This document shows positions 33,557 through 42,803 of a DNA stretch of 64,000 nt, piece by piece. Both the position numbers and the translations under genes were made by a program. The stretch spans positions 1-64,000 of the forward strand of contig CAWBMV010000020.1 of NCBI GenBank assembly GCA_963789955.1. Direction: 5' to 3'. Each line of letters starts with the position of its first letter. Position 1 is the first letter of the stretch. The DNA is from an uncultured Candidatus Rokubacteria bacterium. GTDB lineage: Bacteria > Methylomirabilota > Methylomirabilia > Rokubacteriales > CSP1-6. The notes beneath the pieces were generated by a model. It had not been told where the DNA came from. It saw nothing but the letters and a program-made list of their open reading frames with translations, and did not search any database.

Positions 33557-33808
33557 ATGGCTACGCCTAATCCTGGGAAGAGAAAGCGCGAATCGCAAGC
33601 GGCGGCCGACACCAAGCTCCCGACGGAGCTTCAGATCGGCGATCGCCTCGCCGACGCGACCGGTGAGTGGGAGGTCATCGCTGCGCCCTACAGCACAGCG
33701 GGCGGGAGGATCATCCACGCGCGCGTCCAGAAAATTGGAGAGCCCGACAGTTGGGAGATTCGCAGCTGGGACGCGATGAAACGCGTGGGCGTGAAACTGT
33801 CCGGCTGA
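33557..33808 (+). CDS. Small hypothetical protein; homologous fragment at 55166-55340
   Basis: ADATGEWEVIAAPYSTAGG..RVQKIG..EIRSW aligns with ADETGEWEVVGRPYTIGGG..RIQRVG..ELRTW. Confidence 0.6.
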   Translation: MATPNPGKRKRESQAAADTKLPTELQIGDRLADATGEWEVIAAPYSTAGGRIIHARVQKIGEPDSWEIRSWDAMKRVGVKLSG

Positions 33809-33890
33809 TACGCGAGTGCTGCCGATCCTCCCGTGAGAGGATGAACCGATCGTCCCCTGGCAGGTAGGGTCGCGAAACTCCTGATGAAAG

Positions 33891-34122
33891 TGGTGAGCCG
33901 TGTGGGACTCGAACCCACGACCCCCTGATTAAAAGACGAGGGTCGGCGATGAGCCGGCCCTTAGTCTTTCTGCACCGTTCCGCACAACCGCGCGTTGCGA
34001 CTCGAATTCTCTTCCCTCGCCTCAGGGACTGAGCAGGACTCTCGGCGCACTCAAAGACTGAAATCGGCGTGTTTCGCGGGTGCGTTCAGCGCAAATCAGC
34101 GCAAGCCCGGAAACGCTGAGCC
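33891..34122 (-). repeat. att-like site copy 1: tRNA-Lys(UUU) 3' half (33891-33935) plus conserved arm
   Basis: Reverse complement CTTTTAATCAGGGGGTCGTGGGTTCGAGTCCCACACGGCTCACCA; no matching 5' half; colinear direct repeat with 48154-48385. Confidence 0.9.
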
Positions 34123-34304
34123 TCGTAGTCAGTCGAACCAGCCCGCGCACCGATCTGACTCCATGAGCGCGGCCTTTACCCGCGGCGAAGCCTCAGCGGT
34201 CCATCGCGTGTGCAGCATCACGCGCAGGATGCGGTTGATGCGGAGCCGGGGATGCCAGAGCCGGGCGTCGGCGTCGGTCGCGGTTTCTTCTGCCCGCACG
34301 GCCG

Positions 34305-35168
34305 TTATCCGCTCTTCAGCTCTCGCAGAAGCGCGCGGTGGTTCTCGCTGCACGCGATGGCCTTGGGGTGGCTCGGCCCCAGCGCCGTCTCGAAGATCGC
34401 CAAGGCGCGCCGGTACAGCGGATCGGCCTCAGCGTATCGAGCCTGTGACTTGTAGAGGACGGCCAGGTTGTTCAGGGTCATAGCGATGTCGGGGTGCTCT
34501 GAGCCGAGAAGTTTCTCTTTAATGGCGAGGGCCCGTTGATAAAGCCGCTCGGCCTCCGCGGCTTCGCCCTTCGCTTGGTGGAGCGCGCCGAGATTGTTCA
34601 GGTTGACGGCGACTTCATAGTGGTGCGGCCCGTAGATGCGCTCGAAGACGGTCAAGGCACGCCGGAAGAGCGCTTCAGCCTCCTCGCGCTTGCCCTGACC
34701 GTCCAGAATCGCGGCAAGGGCCGCAGCGTCGGCGGCCACATCCGAATGATCCGGCCCGAGCACTCGCTCGCGGATCTCGAGCCCGCGTCGAGCGAAGGGC
34801 TCGCCCCGGGAATACTGGCCACGGGCGTGCTCGAGCCCGCCGAGGTTGTGGTAAAGCGCGGCGACCTCGACGGATGCCTCGTCACGCGCAGCGAGAAGGA
34901 TCGCGAGCGCGCGATGGTACACGCTCTCAGCCTCGTCGAAGCGCGCCTGATACTTGTGCAGGACCCCGAGGTTGTTCAGGAGCGTGGCGACCTCCGCGTT
35001 GCTCGGGCCGAGCGCGCGTTCGGCGATCCCCAGCGCCTGCCGAAATAACTGCTCGGCCCTCGCGTAGTATCCCTGTTCTCTCGCCGACTCAGCTAGACGG
35101 CCCAGGGCGCGCGCGCGGAGCCGCGCCACCACCCGGCCAGGGTGGAGGGAAGCTATCCAGATCATCAT
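34305..35168 (-). CDS. Tetratricopeptide-repeat protein (kinesin-light-chain/TPR_12 type)
   Basis: About six 42-aa repeats, e.g. AEQLFRQALGIAERALGPSNAEVATLLNNLGVL and ERLYQRALAIKEKLLGSEHPDIAMTLNNLAVLY. Confidence 0.9.
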   Translation of the reverse strand: MMIWIASLHPGRVVARLRARALGRLAESAREQGYYARAEQLFRQALGIAERALGPSNAEVATLLNNLGVLHKYQARFDEAESVYHRALAILLAARDEASVEVAALYHNLGGLEHARGQYSRGEPFARRGLEIRERVLGPDHSDVAADAAALAAILDGQGKREEAEALFRRALTVFERIYGPHHYEVAVNLNNLGALHQAKGEAAEAERLYQRALAIKEKLLGSEHPDIAMTLNNLAVLYKSQARYAEADPLYRRALAIFETALGPSHPKAIACSENHRALLRELKSG

Positions 35169-35209
35169 CGCTTCCTGCTCACCCCGTCTCCGCCGAACTG
35201 CGCCTTCTC

Positions 35210-35332
35210 CTACTGAGGGTCCCGGACCAGCGTCTCGTTGTGGTTGGTCGGAATGCTCGCCTCGCTGGCCATCGGGTACAGGGCGGCCATCGCCGCCGCC
35301 ATGCTGTAGAGGGCAAGGATAATCCGCTTCAT
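35210..35332 (-). CDS. 40-aa secreted peptide precursor 3 (HNET motif)
   Basis: Manual translation MKRIILALYSMAAAMAALYPMASEA-SIPTNHNETLVRDPQ; AAGGAG SD. Confidence 0.8.
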   Translation of the reverse strand: MKRIILALYSMAAAMAALYPMASEASIPTNHNETLVRDPQ

Positions 35333-35358
35333 GGTCTTCTCCTTCTTGCGCGATGCCG

Positions 35359-35481
35359 TTACCGCCGGTCCCGGACCAGCGTCTCGTTGTGTTGCATGTT
35401 CATCCCCGCCTCGGCAACCACCGGGACTAGGGCCACAGCCACTGTCGCGAGCCAGAACAGCGTTCCCATGAGCTTCTTCAT
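35359..35481 (-). CDS. 40-aa secreted peptide precursor 2 (HNET motif)
   Basis: MKKLMGTLFWLATVAVALVPVVAEA-GMNMQHNETLVRDRR; GGAGAGG SD. Confidence 0.8.
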   Translation of the reverse strand: MKKLMGTLFWLATVAVALVPVVAEAGMNMQHNETLVRDRR

Positions 35482-35528
35482 CGCCGTCGCCTCTCCGAAC
35501 TGATTCGGCCGATCCACCGTGCCTGGTT

Positions 35529-35651
35529 CTACCGGCCGTCGCAAACGCTCGTCTCGTTGTGGTTCGCCACGAGTTTCGCCTCGGCGATCATCGGGAACGC
35601 GGCCGCAGCCACCGTCGCCAGCCAGAACAGGGTGCCCGTGATCTGCCTCAT
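35529..35651 (-). CDS. 40-aa secreted peptide precursor 1 (HNET motif)
   Basis: MRQITGTLFWLATVAAAAFPMIAEA-KLVANHNETSVCDGR; GGAGGT SD. Confidence 0.8.
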   Translation of the reverse strand: MRQITGTLFWLATVAAAAFPMIAEAKLVANHNETSVCDGR

Positions 35652-35929
35652 CGCCGTCACCTCCCTTCGGGCGAACAGCGTCTGCGCATGACGTGCCAAT
35701 CTTCTGGGGAGCAGAGGCGACAAGGTTTTCGCTGAATTGCATCGGCGCCGGGGCGTTGTGCCGGACGCCGACCGGGTATCTCGCCCGACGCTCGGCGGGC
35801 CGTGCGCCCTAGCGAAGGCGGAGCCGGCCGCGACCGTTCGACGCAATTACAACCAACGCGGGCTCACGCCCCGCGCTGATCCGCCGTTGCCAGCGGTCCT
35901 CCTCGACGGTCCAGCGCCCCTCTGCTTCA

Positions 35930-36225
35930 CCTTCCGCCACCGTTGCGTCGCGCACCGCGGCGTGCGCTCCCCACGCGGTGCCGGTCGCGCTCGTTGGTGA
36001 GTGTTCCATCCCGGTCGTGTAGAAGGTCGCGCGCCAGCCGCGCTCGTCGTACTGAGTCAACTGGAGATCGTAGCCCTGGCGGTGCATCCCAACGGCGACG
36101 TGCCCGATCCCGGACCACGAGTCGAGCCAGGAGCGCAGCGCGTGGAGTGCGCGGTCGTACGAGGGCAGCGAGCAGGTAGCGAATCCGAGGGCTGCCCGGA
36201 GGAGTCGGCCGCGTTGGTCGAGCAC
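35930..36225 (-). repeat. Scaffold ORF X copy (3' frameshift)
   Basis: MLDQRGRLLRAALGF..SYDRALHALRSWLDSWSGIGHVAVGMHRQGYDLQLTQYDERGWRATFYTTGMEHSPTSATGTAW. Confidence 0.85.
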
Positions 36226-36228
36226 GCG

Positions 36229-36457
36229 CTATTCGATGACCTCATCCGCCCGCAGCAGGAGCGACTGCGGAATCGTGGGCTTCGACGCGCGGGTCGGCCG
36301 AAGAAGGCGAACCGGCTCCCAGGAACCCGATGCGCCAGACTCGGGGCGTTTCCTGCGCCTCGACGGCGAGCGGCGCAAGCGCGAGGTAGAGCGCGAGAAT
36401 GACGAGCCCGATCAGCCGCATGGACACCTCGGTTGGGATGGCTGGCGGGGAGTTTAG
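36229..36457 (-). pseudogene. Internally deleted miniature ABC SBP gene with its leader
   Basis: MRLIGLVILAL..VWRIGFLGAGS..RVEA joined directly to TIPQSLLLRADEVIE-TAG. Confidence 0.8.
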
Positions 36458-36832
36458 CCGAACGCTGCGAAGTGCACCAGCGCGGCGCCCCGCACGAGCA
36501 CCTCATCCAGATGCGGTCGCCCTCGACGCCGCCGTCCAGATCCCCGCGCCCGAGGTGCTCAATTGAACCATACCCCGCGCGCTGGACCTCGCTCCGCAGC
36601 GCGAGCGCCCGCCGGAACCCGACCCTGACCACGGACCACGCCTCCGCGCCCCATCGCGTGTGGAGCATCACGCGCTAGACGCGGTTGATGCGGAGCCAAG
36701 GGTGCCAGAGGCGGGCGTCGGGCGGCTCCTACTCGGGCTGCGCCCTTACCGATCACATATTTCGATAAGAGCGTAGACTAGTAATCGCCTTCCATCAGGC
36801 TCCAGGTTGGCGCGGCCTCGGCGTCACGCCTT

Positions 36833-37135
36833 GTGGCATCTGGCTTTGGTACCCTGCCGGACCTTGGAGACCTGACAATCCTGCGCGCAAAAGCCCGTGA
36901 AGCGATCCGTACTGGGAAACTACCATCCCGGCGACCTGACCGTACCTGGGGCGGGCCGGGTGTCGGTGCCGCCTGCGCGGTCTGCGGCGAGCCCATCAAG
37001 CGGGATCAACTGGAGTTGGAGACCCAGTTCGCCCACGACGGCGGCAACCCCGGACTGGACAAGTTCCATATCCACGTCCGCTGCTTCGCTGTGTGGGAGC
37101 TTGAACGCCGACAGGGCGGTCCCGCTCACAGTTAA
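36833..37135 (+). CDS. Small CxxC...HxxC putative zinc-binding protein (1 of 3 tandem)
   Basis: GKLP..WGGPGVGAACAVCGEPI..HIHVRCFAVWELER. Confidence 0.7.
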   Translation: MASGFGTLPDLGDLTILRAKAREAIRTGKLPSRRPDRTWGGPGVGAACAVCGEPIKRDQLELETQFAHDGGNPGLDKFHIHVRCFAVWELERRQGGPAHS

Positions 37136-37138
37136 CTC

Positions 37139-37380
37139 TTGGACCAGGAATCTCTCCGTCTTCTCATCCGGCGCAAGCTCCAGAACGGGCACCTGCCGAA
37201 CGACGGCATCCAAAAGTTTGGAGTAGTCGAAGCAACGGCGAAACGTGCGACGGTTGCGACGCGATCCTCCCGAAGGAACAGATGCTGATGGAAGGGGTGA
37301 CGATGGACCTTGGTAGAAAGCCCCTGCAGTTTCACGTCCGATGTTTCCAGGTCTGGGACCACGAACGGCGCGCCGCCTAA
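37139..37380 (+). CDS. Small CxxC...HxxC protein (2 of 3; one frameshift)
   Basis: Manual translation: DQESLRLLIRRKLQNGHLP then NGETCDGCDAIL..LQFHVRCFQVWDHERRAA. Confidence 0.6.
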
Positions 37381-37625
37381 TGGACGCGGAAGCCATCCGC
37401 GATCTCATCCGAACGAAGCTCCAAGCAGGTCGCTTGCCGCGCGACAGTACCCCGAGAGCGTTTGGGCGTCCGGGGAACTGGCAGAAGTGCGCCGCCTGCG
37501 AGGAGACTATGGCGAAGGCGCTGCGCATGATGGAGGTCTACCCGCTGACGAACGACAAGGTAGTTCGCTTTCACGCCGACTGCTACCAACTCTGGAACGA
37601 GGAGCGGCGCGCGCTGAAGTCGTAG
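37380..37625 (+). CDS. Small CxxC...HxxC protein (3 of 3)
   Basis: MDAEAIRDLIRTKLQAGRLP..QKCAACEE..RFHADCYQLWNEER; TAATG overlap with the previous gene. Confidence 0.7.
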   Translation: MDAEAIRDLIRTKLQAGRLPRDSTPRAFGRPGNWQKCAACEETMAKALRMMEVYPLTNDKVVRFHADCYQLWNEERRALKS

Positions 37626-38072
37626 CCCCACCGCGCTCACTCCGGTTTACTGACCGCCCCCCACGCGGCCCGCTGCGCCGCGCGCCAGGCGTGCGCCCCC
37701 CCACCCGGTGCCGATCGCGCTCGTGGGAGAGTGTTCCATCCCGGTCGTGTAGAACGTCGCGCGCCAGCCCTTTCCGCTCGGCTCCTCCCGGCGCAGCGTC
37801 GGATCGAGGAGACCCCGGAGCCAGCCTCCGCCATAAACGGCCATTCTCGGGAAGTCCGGCCCATCCCTCATGGCGTTACCACACACGCACAAGCTGGCTC
37901 TGCGCCGCCCATAGGTACGATCTGCCGTGGCATTCCACTTCGTTGCCCCGCGCGAGGCCAAACTACCTTAAGGGGTGACGTGCACGTGAAAACTTTTTCG
38001 TACTTGATCAGAATCCTTACCTGACTGAGACTGCTGGCCGCGCCCGCCAGGAACCCGCGGTGGGGGCCACGA

Positions 38073-41000
38073 ATGAAATTGCGATTTCATCTGCTCTGCT
38101 CTGTGATCTTGGTCGTGCTGTCACTCTCCCTTGTTGCCGGCGGCGACTCCGCCGAGCCCCTCCCGATCGTGCCGGCGTCGCTGATCCAGAAGGCGCTGGC
38201 GCAAGGGCAGATCCCCGTGATCGTGCGGCTGAGTATCGCCTGGACCCCGGAGCTGTCGCTGCCCAGTGCGGCGCACGTGGCGAATCAGCGCCAGGCGATT
38301 CAGACGCTTGCTGGCGCAGTAAAAGCCGCGCTCCGCGGGTTCAATCATCGCGTCAAACGCGAGTACGACGGACTGCCATTTCTAGCCCTCGTCATCGACG
38401 CGCAAGCGCTGCAGGCGCTCAACACTCTGCCGGGCATCGTGAGCGAGATGGTCGAGGACGAGCTCAGCAGGCCGCAGCTCGCGGAGAGCGTGCCGATCGC
38501 TTACCAGTCCGGCCCGGCATGGCCCGGCGAACTAGACGGAACCGGGACGGTGGTCGCGGTTCTCGACACCGGGGTGGACAAGACGCATGCCTTCCTCAGC
38601 GGCAAGGTCATCGCCGAGGCATGCTTTTCGACAACAGGGTCGGGCGCCACGAGTCTCTGTCCAGGGGGCGTGGATTCCACGGCTCCGGGCTCCGGCGTGA
38701 ACTGCACGGGCGCGGAAGACTGTGAGCACGGCACTCATGTGGCCGGCATCGTCGCCGGAGGCTCCACGGGGGTGTCAGGGGCGGGAGTGGCACCGGGATC
38801 GAAGCTCTGGGCGATCCAGGTCTTCTCGCGCATCGACGACCCCGTGCTCTGCGGCGGCTTCAATCCGTGCGTAGGCTCGTTCACTTCGGATCAAATCGCT
38901 GCCCTCAATTACGTCTTCAGGAATCGCGTCATGGCTGCGCTTGGCGGGCGCGCCGTCGCCGCGGTCAACATGAGCCTGGGCGCAGGCGCATTCTTGTCCA
39001 GTTGCGACGGCAATACCCGCAAACCTGCGATCGACAATCTGCGAGCGGCCGGAACTGCCACGGTCATCGCCTCGGGCAATGATGGCTCCATCAACGCAAT
39101 CTCTTCCCCGGCGTGCATCTCGACCTCGATCGCCGTCGGATCGACCGACGACGGTTCCCTGAGCACGACCCAGGACGTCGTTTCGTTCTTCTCGAACATA
39201 GGTCCGTTTGCCAACCTACTCCTCGCGCCAGGACAGTGGATTCTCTCGTCGGTGCCCGGCGGGTTCGTGAACCTCCGGGGCACGTCCATGGCCGCGCCTC
39301 ATGTGGCCGGCGCATTCGCTGTGTTGCGCCAGCACGCGCCCGATGTCAGCGTCACCACGCTGTTCGAGGCACTTCGCGACACAGGTCTCCCGATCGTCGA
39401 CACGCGCTCCGGCGGGCTCGAGACCAAGCCGCGAATCAGGATCGGCGAGGCGCTGTCGATGCTCGGCGAGGTCCGGTTCGGGACAGCCACCTTCAGCGTC
39501 GCGGAGGTCGATGGGACGGCCACCATCACGGTCGTCCGGACCGGGTCGACGGCCGGCCCGGCGACGGTGAACTTCGCGACCAGCAACGGAACAGCGATCG
39601 CGGGCACACATTACACGGCGACGAGCGGCACGCTGACATTCAATCCGGGTGAGAGCAGCAAGAGGTTCACCGTCGGCCTCGTCGACAACACTGTCGTCAA
39701 CGCCGATCGTACGGTGAAGCTGAAGCTCACGAGTCCGACGGGAGCAATGCTGGGCAATCCCTTCACCGCGGTACTGACGATCGTCAATGACGACAACGGC
39801 GGCGCCATCGCGTTCGCCGGCCCGAGTTTCTCCGTCGACGAGAACGCAGGGGTGGCGACGATCACGGTCGTCCGCAGCGGTACGAATCTGGCGAGCGGCG
39901 TCACGGTGCCGTTCAAAACGGCAAACGGCAGCGCGGTCGCGCCGGCGGACTATACCGCAACGGCGGGCACGTTGACCTTCGGGGCCGGCGAAACGAGCAA
40001 GACCTTCACCGTCCCCATCGTTAACGACACCCTCCTCGAGGGGAACAAGACGTTCCAGGTCTTGCTCGGCACGCCCGGGGGCGGCGGCGTCCTCGGCTCC
40101 CCCTCGACGGCGTCCGTGACGATCGTCGAGGACGATACGGCGGGCACCGTACAATTTTCGGCCCCGACCTTCACCGTCAACGAGGGTGCCGCCAGCGCGA
40201 TCATCACGGTCACGCGAACCGGGACGAACCTCACGGGCGGGGTGCGCGTCCGGTACGCCGCCACGAGCGGCACCGCGACGGCTGGCTCGGACTTCGGCGC
40301 CGTGTCGAACACGCTCACGTTCGGCGCCGGCGTGACGAGCATGACATTCGCCGTCCCGATAATCAACGACACGACGATGGAATCTCCCGAAACCGTGAAT
40401 CTCGCACTCACCGTGCCCGCCGGCAGTGCAGCGACGCTCGGCAGTCCGAGTACGGCCTTGCTGACCATTCAGGACAACGACGTCCTGGTCATCCAGTTCG
40501 CGGTCGCCGCGCAGAGCGTGACCGAAGGGGCCACGGCGAGTGTGGTGGTGACTCGAGCGAATAGCCTGAGCCTCGCCGTCAGTGCCGACTACCAGGTAAC
40601 GGGCGGAACCGCGACCGGCGGCGGCGTCGACTACACGCTGGCGAGCGGCACGGTGACCTTCGGCGCCGGGGTGACATCGGCGACGATCAAGATCCCGACT
40701 ATCAACGACACCCTGGCCGAGGGCCCCGAAACTATCGTACTGGGTCTCCAGAACCCGACGGGCGCCGCGACGCTGGGCGCTCGCACCCAGACGACCATCA
40801 CTATCACCGACAATGACAGCGGCGGGGTCATCCAGTTCGGCCTCGCCGCCTACAGCGTCGCCGAAAACATCTCCAGCGGCGGCTTCAACCTCACCGTCAC
40901 CCGCACCGGTACCAACCTGGCCTCCAATGTCTCCGTCGACTACGCCGTCACCGGCGGCTCCGCCACCAATGGCGTCGACTACACCCTGGCCAACGGCACG

Positions 41001-42569
41001 CTCACCTTCATCGCTGGCCAGACCTCGCTCCCCATCCCCGTCACGATCCTCGACGACCTCCTCCCCGACGGCAACAAAACCGTTGTCGTCACTCTCAGCA
41101 ACCCCTCCGCCCACGCCGCCCTCGGCACCATCAAGACCACCACCCTCACCATCCTCGATGCCGAGCAGGCGATCGGCTTCAGCTCCCCGAACTACTCCGT
41201 CACCGAGGGCAGCCCCTCCATCGCCATCCCCGTCCTCCGCGCCGGCCCCACCCCCGGCGGCGTCACCATCACCTGCCAGACCGTCGCCGGCGGCACCGCC
41301 ATCCCCGACGTCGATCACAAGTCCGTCAACACCACCCTCACCTTCGCCGCCGGTAGCCGCCTCGTGAACTGTATCGTCCCCATCCTCAACGACACCCTCG
41401 TCGACGGTTCCCGCACCGTCAACTTGGCGCTGTCCGGCGACCCCGCCCTCCTCATCCCCTCTCGGTCCACCGCCGTCCTCACCACCAGTGACAATGATCA
41501 GGGCGGCGTCCTCCGCTTCTCTGCTGCTACCGCCTCCGTCACCGAGGGCGGCACCGCCACCGTCACCGTCACCCGCACCGGCGTCAACCTCGCCAGCGAC
41601 GTCACCGTCGACTACCTCGTCACCGGCGGCTCCGCCACTGGCGATGGTGTCGACTACACCCTGGCCAACGGCACCCTGTCCTTCGGCGCCGGCGTTACCA
41701 GCCGCACCTTCACCGTCCCTACCGTCAACGACACCCTCGCTGAGGGCCCCGAGACCATCACCATCGCCCTCGCCAACCCCACCGGCGGCGCCTCCCTCGG
41801 CGCCCCGGCCACCACTACCCTCACCATCGTCGATAACGACCACGGCGGGGTCATCGCCTTCGCGCTGGCGACCTACACGGTGACCGAAGGGAATTCGGTC
41901 ACGCTGACGGTCAAGCGGATCGGGGCCAGCCTGGCGTCCAACGTCACCGTGGATTACGCCGTGACCGGAGGAACGGCAACCAACGGCAGCGACTTCAGCC
42001 TGCCGAACGGCACGTTGACGTTCAAGGATGGGGAGACGACGAAGACAATCGGCGTCGCCATCCCCGAGGACGGTATCGCCGAGGGCAGCGAGACGTTTGT
42101 GATGACCCTTGGCAACCCCGGCGGCGGCGCCACGCTTGGCTCACCGGCGAGCACGACCATCACGATTCGCGATGCCGCCCAGGTGCGGTTCTTCAACAGC
42201 CTGGTCCTCTGCAATCCCTCGTGTCAGAACTTCACGGCGCGCCTCACCACGGGCCAGGGTCACGTCTGGGAGTCGGTCAGCAGCGTTGCCTCACCGTATC
42301 AGGCGGTGCCCGAGCCGCAGCTGACGAACCGCGTCGTCGAGGCTGTAGAGTTCGGCATCAGCGTCTCGTTCCCGGGCTCATTCACGATCACCCCGGCCAG
42401 TCCCGACCTGATCGTGTTGAGCGTCGACAGCACGGGCACCCCCGTGCTCCTTCTCTTCGACGAGGGAAAGCTTGCGACGTCCGCCGAGGCCGCCCTGGAC
42501 GGCAGCCTTGGGACCCCGAGCGCGCCGTTGCCACCCGGCGCACGATTCCAGCAGCTCCGGGCGCCGTGA
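38073..42569 (+). CDS. Secreted S8 subtilase with eight Calx-beta repeats
   Basis: Signal peptide; VAVLDTGVD, HGTHVAGI, ASGNDG, GTSMAAPHVAG; eight repeats of the form F....SV.E....TV.R.G..V.Y....GTA..G.DY...GTLTF..G.T. Confidence 0.93.
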   Translation: MKLRFHLLCSVILVVLSLSLVAGGDSAEPLPIVPASLIQKALAQGQIPVIVRLSIAWTPELSLPSAAHVANQRQAIQTLAGAVKAALRGFNHRVKREYDGLPFLALVIDAQALQALNTLPGIVSEMVEDELSRPQLAESVPIAYQSGPAWPGELDGTGTVVAVLDTGVDKTHAFLSGKVIAEACFSTTGSGATSLCPGGVDSTAPGSGVNCTGAEDCEHGTHVAGIVAGGSTGVSGAGVAPGSKLWAIQVFSRIDDPVLCGGFNPCVGSFTSDQIAALNYVFRNRVMAALGGRAVAAVNMSLGAGAFLSSCDGNTRKPAIDNLRAAGTATVIASGNDGSINAISSPACISTSIAVGSTDDGSLSTTQDVVSFFSNIGPFANLLLAPGQWILSSVPGGFVNLRGTSMAAPHVAGAFAVLRQHAPDVSVTTLFEALRDTGLPIVDTRSGGLETKPRIRIGEALSMLGEVRFGTATFSVAEVDGTATITVVRTGSTAGPATVNFATSNGTAIAGTHYTATSGTLTFNPGESSKRFTVGLVDNTVVNADRTVKLKLTSPTGAMLGNPFTAVLTIVNDDNGGAIAFAGPSFSVDENAGVATITVVRSGTNLASGVTVPFKTANGSAVAPADYTATAGTLTFGAGETSKTFTVPIVNDTLLEGNKTFQVLLGTPGGGGVLGSPSTASVTIVEDDTAGTVQFSAPTFTVNEGAASAIITVTRTGTNLTGGVRVRYAATSGTATAGSDFGAVSNTLTFGAGVTSMTFAVPIINDTTMESPETVNLALTVPAGSAATLGSPSTALLTIQDNDVLVIQFAVAAQSVTEGATASVVVTRANSLSLAVSADYQVTGGTATGGGVDYTLASGTVTFGAGVTSATIKIPTINDTLAEGPETIVLGLQNPTGAATLGARTQTTITITDNDSGGVIQFGLAAYSVAENISSGGFNLTVTRTGTNLASNVSVDYAVTGGSATNGVDYTLANGTLTFIAGQTSLPIPVTILDDLLPDGNKTVVVTLSNPSAHAALGTIKTTTLTILDAEQAIGFSSPNYSVTEGSPSIAIPVLRAGPTPGGVTITCQTVAGGTAIPDVDHKSVNTTLTFAAGSRLVNCIVPILNDTLVDGSRTVNLALSGDPALLIPSRSTAVLTTSDNDQGGVLRFSAATASVTEGGTATVTVTRTGVNLASDVTVDYLVTGGSATGDGVDYTLANGTLSFGAGVTSRTFTVPTVNDTLAEGPETITIALANPTGGASLGAPATTTLTIVDNDHGGVIAFALATYTVTEGNSVTLTVKRIGASLASNVTVDYAVTGGTATNGSDFSLPNGTLTFKDGETTKTIGVAIPEDGIAEGSETFVMTLGNPGGGATLGSPASTTITIRDAAQVRFFNSLVLCNPSCQNFTARLTTGQGHVWESVSSVASPYQAVPEPQLTNRVVEAVEFGISVSFPGSFTITPASPDLIVLSVDSTGTPVLLLFDEGKLATSAEAALDGSLGTPSAPLPPGARFQQLRAP

Positions 42570-42765
42570 ACTAAGCCCGCTCTTGCGGAGTCTTGAGACT
42601 CTAGCGGGATGACCCTGGCCGTTCGCGTTGTGACTTTGCGGTCGCGCTTCGTCGTCATGCTCATCATTCTAGCGCGCTGTGGTGGCCGGCCGGCGGCGGC
42701 GAGGGCGACCGCGTCTGGATGACGCGCTCGCGCGGCGCGGTGCTGGTGCGCGTCGCGCCATTCGG

Positions 42766-42799
42766 CTAGACTCCCCGCCAGCCATCCCACACCGAGGTG
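42766..42799 (+). promoter_or_regulatory. Conserved scaffold promoter/leader (TAGACT -10-like hexamer plus GAGGTG SD)
   Basis: CTAGACTCCCCGCCAGCCATCCC..CGAGGTG. Related copies near 26123-26153, 26376-26407, 27022-27045, 36424-36457 and 52005-52039 (minus), 57390-57422 (plus), and a partial copy near 62684. Confidence 0.6.
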
Positions 42800-42803
42800 C
42801 ACC

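Noticed and set aside
33891..33935. Intact tRNA-Lys genes at 33891 and 48154
   Set aside because: Sequence 5' of the anticodon loop cannot form the anticodon stem, D arm or acceptor stem; these are 3' fragments only.
39216..41843. 875-aa Gly/Asp/Glu-rich minus-strand ORF
   Set aside because: Shadow of the Calx-beta repeats caused by codon bias.
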